Assembly (NCBI GenBank): GCA_040437565.1
Contig: JBDOQK010000001.1
Coordinates: 124,001-188,000 of the forward strand
Direction: 5' to 3'
Source: Albugo candida
Lineage: Eukaryota
Length of the DNA: 64,000 bases
Shown in pieces: positions 1 through 10,750 of this stretch. Under the pieces are notes generated by a model that saw only the letters and a list, made by a program, of their open reading frames with translations, ran no database searches and had not been told where the DNA came from. A program made the translations under genes and the position numbers. Every line of letters starts with the position of its first letter. Positions within the stretch are counted from its first letter, which is position 1.

Positions 1-64
1 AAACGTCTCCGCTCTTGTAACTCTTGTACATCGAATAAATGTTACGTCGTCAGACTCGCACTTA

Positions 65-1220
65 TTGAAACAGGAGAAAGGAGAAGATAAGCATTCTCAT
101 CATTCCAAGAAATGTTATCCAGAGCTACGCAGTACCCCTCCGAAACATTCTCGCACTCGTAGAGATTTGTCTGACAGAAATCGTTCACATTACAAGACAT
201 TCCGAGAGTATTTGCCACCAACTGATCGAGGCACTATATCTCCTGCTCAGTTAAGACTTTTGAGAGCGACACTTGCTCCCGAGCTTCCGAAAAATATATC
301 ACAAAGTACGGACAGAACAAATGAGTTAGCTTGCCCCCGAAACGACCCAGCACGTACTGGACAGCATGATTTCGCTTCTTTCGATGACATGAAAAATTGT
401 CGATTTAGACCCAGCCTTCGAGGAAGAAAGCATGTGGAAGCTGATGAAGAGGATGGTACGGATGCCAACCGCATCACAGCATTTATAAGGCGAATGGAAG
501 GATCAGAAAAAGTGCGTCGAGAACACATCGATCGGATGCGCGCGGAAAAGGCTTATTGTTCTCAGATCGATAAAAAGGTTCGAAGTTGCTTTATAAGTTT
601 TTACCAATCGCGAAATTGATCATGTTGTTAGGAGTGTCCCAAGTGTGGAAACCCTCAGTCGTATGCAGAGGTTAAGCAAAAACGCAACAAGTGTCCCAAT
701 TGTAATGAAACATATCGAGCGCGGATAGTTTGGGTTCGTGAAAAGCTACATCTCGCACACAAATGCACGCTTAAAACTGTTGCTATACAGGATGATATCG
801 CTTCCTCTTTTTTGAAAAAACTTGATGCAGAGTCGTCATCCAAGGCTGAAAGGAAACAGGACAAGGAGTTGTGTCTCAACCAAACGCCCCGCTCTAGAAA
901 ATGGCACGAAGTAGAAGACGAGTTTCTGGGTCGCGTATACCTCGATATGGCTCGTCGACAATCAGATCACTCAGCTCTCTTACGGGAATCACAGAAACAG
1001 TGCACTTTTCATCCAGTCATCTGCAAAGGATCCCAAAAGGTACATTAGAATTCTCTGTACGAAAGCGCATGTCCATATCTCTATGACGGTTCAGGCCAAA
1101 GTCGATAGCTTCCAAGCTAAAGCGGCACGTGATTTGCAAACTCAAAAGCACAAATTTCGCAAAGACGCGCGCAAAAAAGGGAAAGACAGTACAGCACAAC
1201 TACAGTGCTTTCTTCATTAG
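65..1220 (+). CDS. Hypothetical protein with CxxC-x13-CxxC zinc ribbon (multi-exon; 5' end probably outside the window)
   Basis: ORF 65-619 splices (GT 578..AG 631) to an exon reading ECPKCGNPQSYAEVKQKRNKCPNCNETY. A further intron (AG at 790) leads into the 812-1048 frame, and the last exon AKVDSFQAK...QCFLH* ends at TAG 1218-1220. Confidence 0.6.
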
Positions 1221-1371
1221 AAGGACCACCCCCTAATACAAGGCTGCGGCTACAACACACAAAATGAGCGGAAACAATATTTCGCCTTCAGTCATTTCGG
1301 TAGTCATAAAAATGTCCATTCAAATGACTCTGACGATATCTGTTTCATAGAAAACAAAACTCCGCTCACCA

Positions 1372-2647
1372 ATGAAATATCTCGGTATATTTTTGGTGAT
1401 TCTTCTTGCAAGTCAGACGACTTTCTGTGCGGGAAAGAAAGACTACTACGAAGTACTCGGAGTGTCTCGCGATGCCTCAAAAGCTCAAATCAAAAGCGCA
1501 TTCCGCAAGCTATCCCTCAAGGTCGTATCTGCATCTTCGTAATAAAAATTACGTTCATAAATAATTTATTCTTTGCAGCACCATCCTGACAAAAACCCAG
1601 GCGTCAAGGATGCTCAAGTGAAATTCGCAGAAGTTGCTAGTGGTGTGCAATGTCGAACCTCTCATTCTTGTTGACCTGTTACAAATCATACTCCTTTGTA
1701 GCTTATGATGTTTTATCGGACGAGAAACGAAAAGCGCAATACGATCAGTTTGGCGAAGAAGGGCTTCGAGAGGACCAGGATCAAGGGGGTCATGATCCGT
1801 TCGACATATTTTCACAATTTTTCGGCGGAGGACGAAGGAAGCGTAGTGATGAGCCTTCGCGTGGTCCTGACACCGTCATTCCTCTCCGAGTTTCACTCAG
1901 AGACATTTACATTGGCAAAACTCTACAAATTTCTTTTCGACGTGAAACACTTTGCAACCATTGTCACGGAACAGGAGCTGCTCACGAGGAAGACGTACAT
2001 CAATGTACAGCTTGCAATGGACAAGGCTTCGTTATCAAACGGCGTCAAGTAGGACCAGGATTCGTCCAGCAATTCCAATCGACTTGTGACAAATGTAATG
2101 GGAAAGGTAAGGTTTGGACAAGCACCTGTCCGGTTTGCGGTGGACGCAGAGTCGTCATGACCGATCTCCAATTCGATGTCGACATTGTACCAGGAGCGCG
2201 GGAAGGTACAGTTTATGAGTTTGAAGGATATGGTGACGAAGTACCGGGCCAAGAAGCTGGGAATTTGCAGTTTCAATTGATAACAAACCCAGATGCCATG
2301 TCCCGTGACGGTAATGATTTGTTTATGGATCTCAATATTACATTACGACAAGCGCTTGTTGGATTTGAAAAGACTTTTGAGCATTTGGATGGACATAAAG
2401 TCACTCTCAAACGTGACGAAATTACTCCACCTCGATTTGTTGCTGTCATCAAAAATGAAGGCATGCCGATTGAAGACTCAATTGGACGAGGAGATCTTCA
2501 CATCAAAATCTTTGTGGAGTTTCCAGAACACTTGACTGAAAAACAAAAAGAAGGCAAGTATCATTCAAAATGTTCGATTCGAGGTGCATTGCTAATTCGC
2601 ATCGTTGATTTCATTCAGGCTTGCGCACAATGTTTGCCAAAGCTTAG
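1372..2647 (+). CDS. ER-luminal type I DnaJ/Hsp40 co-chaperone (ERdj3/Scj1-like)
   Basis: ATG 1372 gives signal peptide MKYLGIFLVILLASQTTFCAG, then a J-domain (DYYEVLGV...HHPDKN after splicing), G/F region, four CxxCxGxG repeats and a DnaJ_C domain. There are 3 introns, the last probably GC-AG (2554-2618). Confidence 0.9.
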
Positions 2648-2765
2648 CCACATCCCAACAAGCTGCGGATTCAGACATCATTTCGAGAACCGTGGTATTG
2701 TTTTCGTTGCTGATCACAACTAGGACGAATAACTGCACAAAATTCCCAGTGTTAGAAGATGATTT

Positions 2766-4436
2766 TCATTTTACTTTCTTGGCAAGCGCTCTCTTGATGC
2801 TACGTCTCCCACTCGGACTATTCATCAGTATTTCTTTTGAGGAAAGTTCACTGTCTGTCCGCTGGTAGCAATACACAGACGTCCGATCAGCCCACGAAAC
2901 CTTGATGTCAGCTTGTATCGGCGGATGAACATAGTCCACGCAATAGTCTCCTCTTCGTGAGCATTTTTCATGCCGATGACGTTCGCAGATACGTCGTAAT
3001 GTCACCACTCGCCGCAAATTTGGGATTTTTGACAAGACTCCCAAAATCTTAAGCATCAAATCAGGTCCAAACATGACGTTATTGATAAACACCACGGACG
3101 CGTCAGTGATCGGTGCTATGGTGGGAGGTAAACAAATATCTCCATGTACTATCTCTATAGCCTTGCCCACAATGTATTGCGAGCAATTGGTATTCAGTCG
3201 CTGCAGGGCGCGTTTGCCTTCCAATACTCTATTTTTCATCAACTCAATGCCTTTTGAGACTAAGCAAGCAGTCTCAATGGCCACTTGTACCACTATCTTC
3301 CCAGTTCCGCATCCCAAGTCGTAGAACACATCGTCATCGCGTAAATCGAGAAATGGAATGATGGTTTGGCTGATAGAAGAGCAGCTTACTTCTCCATACG
3401 TTAAAAGCCGAACGAAATCACTGTTGTTGAGTCTATTCACATACGATGAGCACTGAGACTCCTGCGTCATCTCCCGAGCCAAGTGCGACGATACTTTGTA
3501 TAAATCGCGATCATCATGCTCTTGTTCTCGATAGAGTGTGGCTAAGAGCTCAGGAACGGCTGCCGCGTGACACATCTGAGGAGTAAGCAAATTCTCGAGA
3601 GACATTCTTCCACTCGGAGATTTCAGTGTATCTTTCTTCTGTGGCGTTTGCTTCGTTTTGATGATTCCATCCAAAGGGGAAAATGAATGCTTTGCGGCTG
3701 ACCTTGAAGCTGGTGTAGCATCACTGCTCTCATTAAGACTTTTACGACGCCGTTCGAGAGAAAAGCGGCTTTGAGAGGGCTCCGGAGCAGTGAGTCTTGG
3801 AGTCTCGTAGACTGATAATGTCGACCTTCGAGATGGTCTTGTTTCAAACGCGATGTCGGAGAGAAGCAAATCGGAACTGCATGTTGAGAGTGATGATCTT
3901 CTGAGATGTTTGGCATCCTTAATACCGGTATCGAGTCGATTAAAGTTCAAGTGTTTGCAGTCCTTACTCTCAGAAGGCAATGTATCTCGAAAACGTGAGA
4001 GTCCTCCACGACTTATAGCGAATGAAGTGTCATTATCCAATTTATCAGAAAACTCTTTTCGACTTTTGGGAGCAGGACACGCTCTTACTAACGATGAAGT
4101 AAGGTGCGAATGGTATTTTTGGTCGTGCGTCGGACTGTGAATAGATCCTTGTGGCGAGTCTGTCGAGGGCATCTTGGATGAGATGGTTTGTGAGTTTCCT
4201 AGTGATATAGAGGTAGTTTTGTATCGTTGCTTTTGAATCTCAGGCGAGTGGGATTGGTCAAGATCACTTTTATGTACACTCGAGGGATGATAGATACTCT
4301 TTGGTGGTCGATTTTCGGTGAGGTTTATCGCACTGCGAGTGTTATATGTGTGCCGATGGCGATAGGATGCTGCTTCATTGAGAGTCTTATCGTTGGTTGG
4401 AGGAAGACTGAGGTGACTTGTGCTTTTGCGGCTCAT
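2766..4436 (-). CDS. DOT1: DOT1-like histone H3K79 methyltransferase with long low-complexity N-terminus
   Basis: 556-aa ORF with TYGE, DVFYDLGCGTGKIVVQVA (SAM motif I), GIEL, VFINNVMF and VSW, the DOT1 family signatures. Confidence 0.8.
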   Translation of the reverse strand: MSRKSTSHLSLPPTNDKTLNEAASYRHRHTYNTRSAINLTENRPPKSIYHPSSVHKSDLDQSHSPEIQKQRYKTTSISLGNSQTISSKMPSTDSPQGSIHSPTHDQKYHSHLTSSLVRACPAPKSRKEFSDKLDNDTSFAISRGGLSRFRDTLPSESKDCKHLNFNRLDTGIKDAKHLRRSSLSTCSSDLLLSDIAFETRPSRRSTLSVYETPRLTAPEPSQSRFSLERRRKSLNESSDATPASRSAAKHSFSPLDGIIKTKQTPQKKDTLKSPSGRMSLENLLTPQMCHAAAVPELLATLYREQEHDDRDLYKVSSHLAREMTQESQCSSYVNRLNNSDFVRLLTYGEVSCSSISQTIIPFLDLRDDDVFYDLGCGTGKIVVQVAIETACLVSKGIELMKNRVLEGKRALQRLNTNCSQYIVGKAIEIVHGDICLPPTIAPITDASVVFINNVMFGPDLMLKILGVLSKIPNLRRVVTLRRICERHRHEKCSRRGDYCVDYVHPPIQADIKVSWADRTSVYCYQRTDSELSSKEILMNSPSGRRSIKRALAKKVK

Positions 4437-7025
4437 GTTTTATGCGTGATTATGTACAACTGCACGTTACAAGGCCGGAGGAATGCGACAGAGTTTGATA
4501 CAATTTGTGGCGAGGAAGTAGAATAAGAGCTAGCAACATGACGTGTAACAAATCAGATACGGTACGAGATCGTTTTTGAACGTTTGAATTTTTATGGCTT
4601 TGATTTTGTGCATCAGACAAGCACCCAGCACTTGATATGATATGCTCTATGCCATGAATTATATTATAACACGTACAGTACCTTATTTTCGAAAGATACG
4701 AAAATCGACTTTAACAAACTGCGAGTATGTGTGAAATAGCGATAGAAGCACAGAACAAAAACGTTTGTGGGACACCGTGCATCCATTTGGAAAACTCAAC
4801 TGCACTACAGCTCTCGAAGCAGCATCGAGCCCGGATTTGACTTGAGCAGCTCATTCCTCTACATTTCTCACTTTGTCCGTTGTCACCACTGAGAATACGG
4901 AATTGGTTGGCACAGATATAATTGGACATTGTCACTCAAGTCAAGGAATGTGGATAGTTGTCATACACAAAAGCTGGTTAATGGTAAAGTAATGCCGGCA
5001 TACTAAAAAGTTTCAACGATCTGAAGCGTTTCCAGTTGTTTGAGCTTCAAAGTGGCAGTGGCCGAGCGTTCGACACCAATATCGTAGCAAGAGAACCCCA
5101 TCCCGGAACGCCTCCAATGCTGCATCTGGTGCCAGCAGAAGAAATTTGTTAGCGCGGATTCTGCAGCCACGTAAATTAGCGGCTATTTGAGGTATGACTT
5201 TCACGTTGAAAGTCCATCCAGATCGGTTTACAAACCTGCTGATGGGGTCATGCATACTCGTTTGACGTGTCTCCATCAAATGTCCGTTTTTCACGGCACT
5301 CCCCAAAAATAAAAATCGTTAGTAATAGATAAGAGGTCTGAGGTCTGAGCTCTGAGGACTCAAATGCAGATTCAGTACACCGATTAAAGCCTCTGCATTA
5401 TCCTCCCTGGTTACAATTAGTCGCTCAATCATGCATAACGACCCCGTACAAAATGCGTATGGCGAGTAATTGAAAAACTTATAGTTAATTCATAAGAAAT
5501 CATTTGAGCGGTTGATCTTAATGCACCTAAAANNNNNNNNNNNNNNNNNNNNNNNNNNNNNNNNNNNNNNNNNNNNNNNNNNNNNNNNNNNNNNNNNNNN
5601 NNNNNNNNNNNNNNNNNNNNNNNNNNNNNNNNAATAGATCCTTGTGGCGAGTCTGTCGAGGGCATCTTGGATGAGATGGTTTGTGAGTTTCCTAGTGATA
5701 TAGAGGTAGTTTTGTATCGTTGCTTTTGAATCTCAGGCGAGTGGGATTGGTCAAGATCACTTTTATGTACACTCGAGGGATGATAGATACTCTTTGGTGG
5801 TCGATTTTCGGTGAGGTTTATCGCACTGCGAGTGTTATATGTGTGCCGATGGCGATAGGATGCTGCTTCATTGAGAGTCTTATCGTTGGTTGGAGGAAGA
5901 CTGAGGTGACTTGTGCTTTTGCGGCTCATGTTTTATGCGTGATTATGTACAACTGCACGTTACAAGGCCGGAGGAATGCGACAGAGTTTGATACAATTTG
6001 TGGCGAGGAAGTAGAATAAGAGCTAGCAACATGACGTGTAACAAATCAGATACGGTACGAGATCGTTTTTGAACGTTTGAATTTTTATGGCTTTGATTTT
6101 GTGCATCAGACAAGCACCCAGCACTTGATATGATATGCTCTATGCCATGAATTATATTATAACACGTACAGTACCTTATTTTCGAAAGATACGAAAATCG
6201 ACTTTAACAAACTGCGAGTATGTGTGAAATAGCGATAGAAGCACAGAACAAAAACGTTTGTGGGACACCGTGCATCCATTTGGAAAACTCAACTGCACTA
6301 CAGCTCTCGAAGCAGCATCGAGCCCGGATTTGACTTGAGCAGCTCATTCCTCTACATTTCTCACTTTGTCCGTTGTCACCACTGAGAATACGGAATTGGT
6401 TGGCACAGATATAATTGGACATTGTCACTCAAGTCAAGGAATGTGGATAGTTGTCATACACAAAAGCTGGTTAATGGTAAAGTAATGCCGGCATACTAAA
6501 AAGTTTCAACGATCTGAAGCGTTTCCAGTTGTTTGAGCTTCAAAGTGGCAGTGGCCGAGCGTTCGACACCAATATCGTAGCAAGAGAACCCCATCCCGGA
6601 ACGCCTCCAATGCTGCATCTGGTGCCAGCAGAAGAAATTTGTTAGCGCGGATTCTGCAGCCACGTAAATTAGCGGCTATTTGAGGTATGACTTTCACGTT
6701 GAAAGTCCATCCAGATCGGTTTACAAACCTGCTGATGGGGTCATGCATACTCGTTTGACGTGTCTCCATCAAATGTCCGTTTTTCACGGCACTCCCCAAA
6801 AATAAAAATCGTTAGTAATAGATAAGAGGTCTGAGGTCTGAGCTCTGAGGACTCAAATGCAGATTCAGTACACCGATTAAAGCCTCTGCATTATCCTCCC
6901 TGGTTACAATTAGTCGCTCAATCATGCATAACGACCCCGTACAAAATGCGTATGGCGAGTAATTGAAAAACTTATAGTTAATTCATAAGAAATCATTTGA
7001 GCGGTTGATCTTAATGCACCTAAAA
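4140..7025. repeat. Direct duplication 4140-5532 = 5633-7025 across an N-gap (probable assembly overlap artefact)
   Basis: Copies appear identical at offset 1493; they end and begin exactly at gap 5533-5632. Confidence 0.9.
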
Positions 7026-7430
7026 AAGAAAATTTTGAGCAAATTGTCGACTTGTTGCGAGGCTCTCGCCGATTTTGGAGCAGCGCGCCAATTAGTTCAT
7101 CGATAGCTTGATGTAACTTCCACGACATAGAGCGATTATGCCCGATGCTGTTTGGCTTTGCGACAGATCTTGAGAAAGACACAGCATACATAGATTACAC
7201 ATTTCGCACCCTTGTCATTCTATGGCGAGCGATATAACGAAAACGGAGAATCCGTACAAAGCATCTGAAATAATTTTGCTTCTGACACAGTCACATACAA
7301 TGCAGTATGTAGGTCTGAGGTTGATGGATCGATAACCCTTTCAATTTTGACAGCACATCGATCAGATATCGAAATCTCGCTTTCTCATGTGCATAACACA
7401 GCCAACATGTATCGGTAAAGTGAATTGACC

Positions 7431-7831
7431 TTACTCTGCTTTTTCTAGTCTCTCTGCTTCTTTCGCCATGCCGCCTAAGCATTTCGGTGAGGGTGTAACA
7501 TTGCAATTCTTCTCCCATTGTTGAGGTGTTTTGCTTTGTATCGTGAGTGCGTGAAGCAATCCTTCGAGTTCTTCGGCGAGGGCTTTATGTACCATTTGAT
7601 GGCGCTGTATTAATGCCATCCCTTCAAAAGCTTCTGCCACAACGACAACCTGAAAAGGTATACAATTATCGAAACGAAAAGCGTTTATCATCAACTACTC
7701 ACTTTAAAGTGCGATTCAGTCCCTTTCGGAACGTTGTGCATGTGACTTTCATTGATCACGTCCAAATGCTGAGGGTTAAGCGCGGCTGCCAGCTTTGCTC
7801 GAATTTGTTTGGCTAGTGGTCCTTCCGACAT
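7431..7831 (-). CDS. bolA: BolA-family protein (BOLA1-like)
   Basis: Exon 1 [43 protein letters not shown], intron 7702-7650, exon 2 [24 protein letters not shown]...[11 protein letters not shown]...SPKCLGG. Confidence 0.92.
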
Positions 7832-8065
7832 GATAATTTCTACTCGCTAGTACCGCCAATAAGTCAATCAATTAATTGTGTAAGTATGAGAGGATAGAGC
7901 AGTGTAGTACATTCTGATGGAGCGTATTTGTAATCTGCTTGGTGGGGTGCAAATGTCCAATTTGTTGAGCGATATGCCGCAATGCAATCATCTAACCTAA
8001 ACTTTGTAGAACCGTTATCACGTTAACATGAAATATAGCGTTAGGGTCACGATGCTTCAGACATC

Positions 8066-10563
8066 ATGAAGCGTGATGCTCGTGGTAAACTATCTGTAGC
8101 GTTTGCACAATAGAGTGTATGTAAGCGTATTGAGTAGGAAGAAAGCATCTATTTCATGCCAAGTCCGGACTTTCACTGGAGGATCAACGGCAGCTTGCCG
8201 CACAATTGCAATCACAATGTAACGATACTCTAAGTGTATGAAACTCAGTGTTTTTCAAACGACTCGTTATAATGCTTCATTGTGCAGAGTGTAATTAAAG
8301 TACGGGCTGAAAGCTGTCACCAGCAAAATCTTTTGAGAGAAAACGGACTTAAGGTATGTCCGTCAGAGAAGATCTTTGAAAAGCAGGCAGTTCCATTCGC
8401 GTCCATTTCGATAGTTTGAATGGATAAAAGAGCACAAAAATCTTCAGTCACAAACAGAAGTATTGCCATCCACTTTTGCATAACAAATTTTCCTTTCAAA
8501 ATGATCTAAAACGCTCTCACTCGAGGCAATACGCAAATGCATCGAAACGCTGATACTTAAGCTCTACAATGAGACCGCTGAGTCCAATCGAAATCGAATG
8601 CCAACTCATTCGAAAACCTCTCAGAAAAGCGTCGAAAAAAACAATCAAATTTGTGAACAATTTGTTAAATCGGAAATGTATGCGACACAAGTGGAAGAGC
8701 TTTTGCGTCAAGAAGAGATATATGTGGCAGCACACACGAGACAAATTGTATCAAACTTGGAACAGGTTGGAGCCTTTTTTTCAAAATTCAAAAACTGACC
8801 AGCTTTGAAGCGAACGACTTTGAAACACCTGATGCAAGTCGTCTTCAAGAAAACTGAGATGGCGCCGTTGAACACAGCTGTCACTCAAAAAGCTCACAAC
8901 GCGAATGAGTGGAGGGTGCGTATTCCTCGAGAAGCTGCAGCTCGTTTACAGTAAAAAATTCCTTTTAGCAACAAGCTCGTGAATTCATATCGGAAGTGGT
9001 TGTTGGGCACGATCTAGTTGGATCCGCTCTTGAGGAAGAGCTTGTGAGCACTGATGCCGACTACAAAAATGCGTGTATGGCGGTGCTTTCGTCGTTAACC
9101 CCCAAGTGTCCTCAGAATGCGTCGGAAAACACAGAGTCACTACAAAGCATTTTACACGCAATTCCACGGCTTGAAGAATGTGTGGAGAAAAACCCAGCGC
9201 TGTATCTCAAGGTCAATATGAGCATCCAGGCTTTGCTGAATGATCTCGAAAACGATCTTCAACAACTCAAATCGACTTTTCTCGCTCAAGCCTCATTGCC
9301 GGATGCAGCCAAATCCCTAGATGCAGCGAAATCGCTCTGTGGAGGTTGGGATGCGCATGAAGAGGAACGATTTCTGCATATATATAAAGCGTACGAACAC
9401 GAGCCACTCCGATCTGATTTATTTGCGCACTTCAAAACAGTTTTATCAGCCGCGATTTCAGATGAAGACATTAGAGCTCACATCAATTTTCATCAAATAC
9501 GGCGTTTCTACCATCAAAAAGCACAAGATCGACGACAAGTAGCAAAACGAAAGCTGACTCAGGCTCAAGAAAAAGCAAGCCGTCAGATTGAAAAGTTTTT
9601 CCAGCAAGAGCATTCGCATGTACAGAAGCAAGTAATCAAAGCTTCCCGGGAAAAATGCGCGCACTTGCGCAGCAAAGTGTATGAATGGAACGATCAGAAA
9701 AAAGCACACGATCGCGTCCTGCAGCATCAGCGAGAGCTTGAGATTTTGCATGAAGAAAAGGAAAAATTTCTACGAGACGAAGACAAAAAGCAGCAACATC
9801 GCGTCCATAAAGAGATCATTCGCGAGTATCGCCAACAGAAATCGCTTTTGCGTATGGAACAAGAAAACGAGAAAAAAGAATTGGAAAAAGCGGCTCTGCA
9901 TCGTCATCAGATTGCTAGCGTCAGAAATAACAAGCGAGTGGAGTATCGTTCAATTAAATTGGAGGTATGAGTATTTCTCGATCCATCGGCTGATTTCTTT
10001 CTTCAGTTTGGTGTTTACCTCAGCAAAAAAGAAAGGAGAAAAATGAGAATTATCAGCTGACACAACAGCGTGAGGAGGAACGTATAGCGAGATTGGACGC
10101 TATCAAACAACAGACTCCATACGCTGCTTCGTTGGCTCAACTTGAGGTGCTTGAGCGTTTACCTGCATTTCAGTATTCTTTCCAATGGATCTGCTCGATT
10201 AGGCGGACCCAGAACGTCTGATGCGGGAAACAGCTGCATTTCGAGCCAATGTCGATGCCGCGCCGGTAAGCTTTCTGGAAACTCTGCTAGAATCATCACG
10301 GAATATCGCATCAGGAATCGGTCTTATTTCCAGTCCAAGGATATGATTGCGATACACTGTTTCGTAATGCTCGCTTCAAGCTGGGAATCGCTCTGCGCGT
10401 ACGTGTGAGATATAAACGACGTGCGAAGAATTTGAGTTGTTTTCTGTGATAGGAAGCTGGATTGCACACTTCGGAGCATGCGAAAAATATTCTCTCCCGT
10501 GTAAAGGTGAATAACGCACATTCGTATCGTAATCAAGTCCAGCCGGAGACGCAATTGTGGTGA
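8066..10563 (+). CDS. Coiled-coil protein, CCDC148-like (multi-exon)
   Basis: Spliced model from MKRDAR-GRKHLF through the 324-aa coiled-coil ORF 8996-9970. The C-terminal exons ADPERLMRETAAF...LFPVQGY...NARFKLGIALR-EAGLHTSEHAKNIL resemble the CCDC148 C-terminus. Stop TGA 10561-10563. The 5' exons are less certain. Confidence 0.65.
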
Positions 10564-10750
10564 TCACAGAGCTGAAAACGATCCGATGTGCTGTCCCGAT
10601 TTCGCGCATTATATTGTAACTCTTTAAGCGGCTACAGCTGCATTTCTTATACCTCTTTAGAGCAGAGTTTTTTCATAATGCGCGTTACAAAATGCTCAAT
10701 AGTCTCTCGACTTTTGCTTCAAATTTCTTGAGACTTCGTGTTTTCGTTCA

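Noticed and set aside
5429-5929. Second DOT1 N-terminus
   Set aside because: Exact copy of the DOT1 5' end inside a gap-flanking duplication; assembly artefact.
7219-7408. Minus-strand frame MLAVLCT*ESEIS... as a possible selenoprotein or readthrough ORF
   Set aside because: Short, no homology recognised, no SECIS evident, and it lies within the likely BolA 3' UTR.
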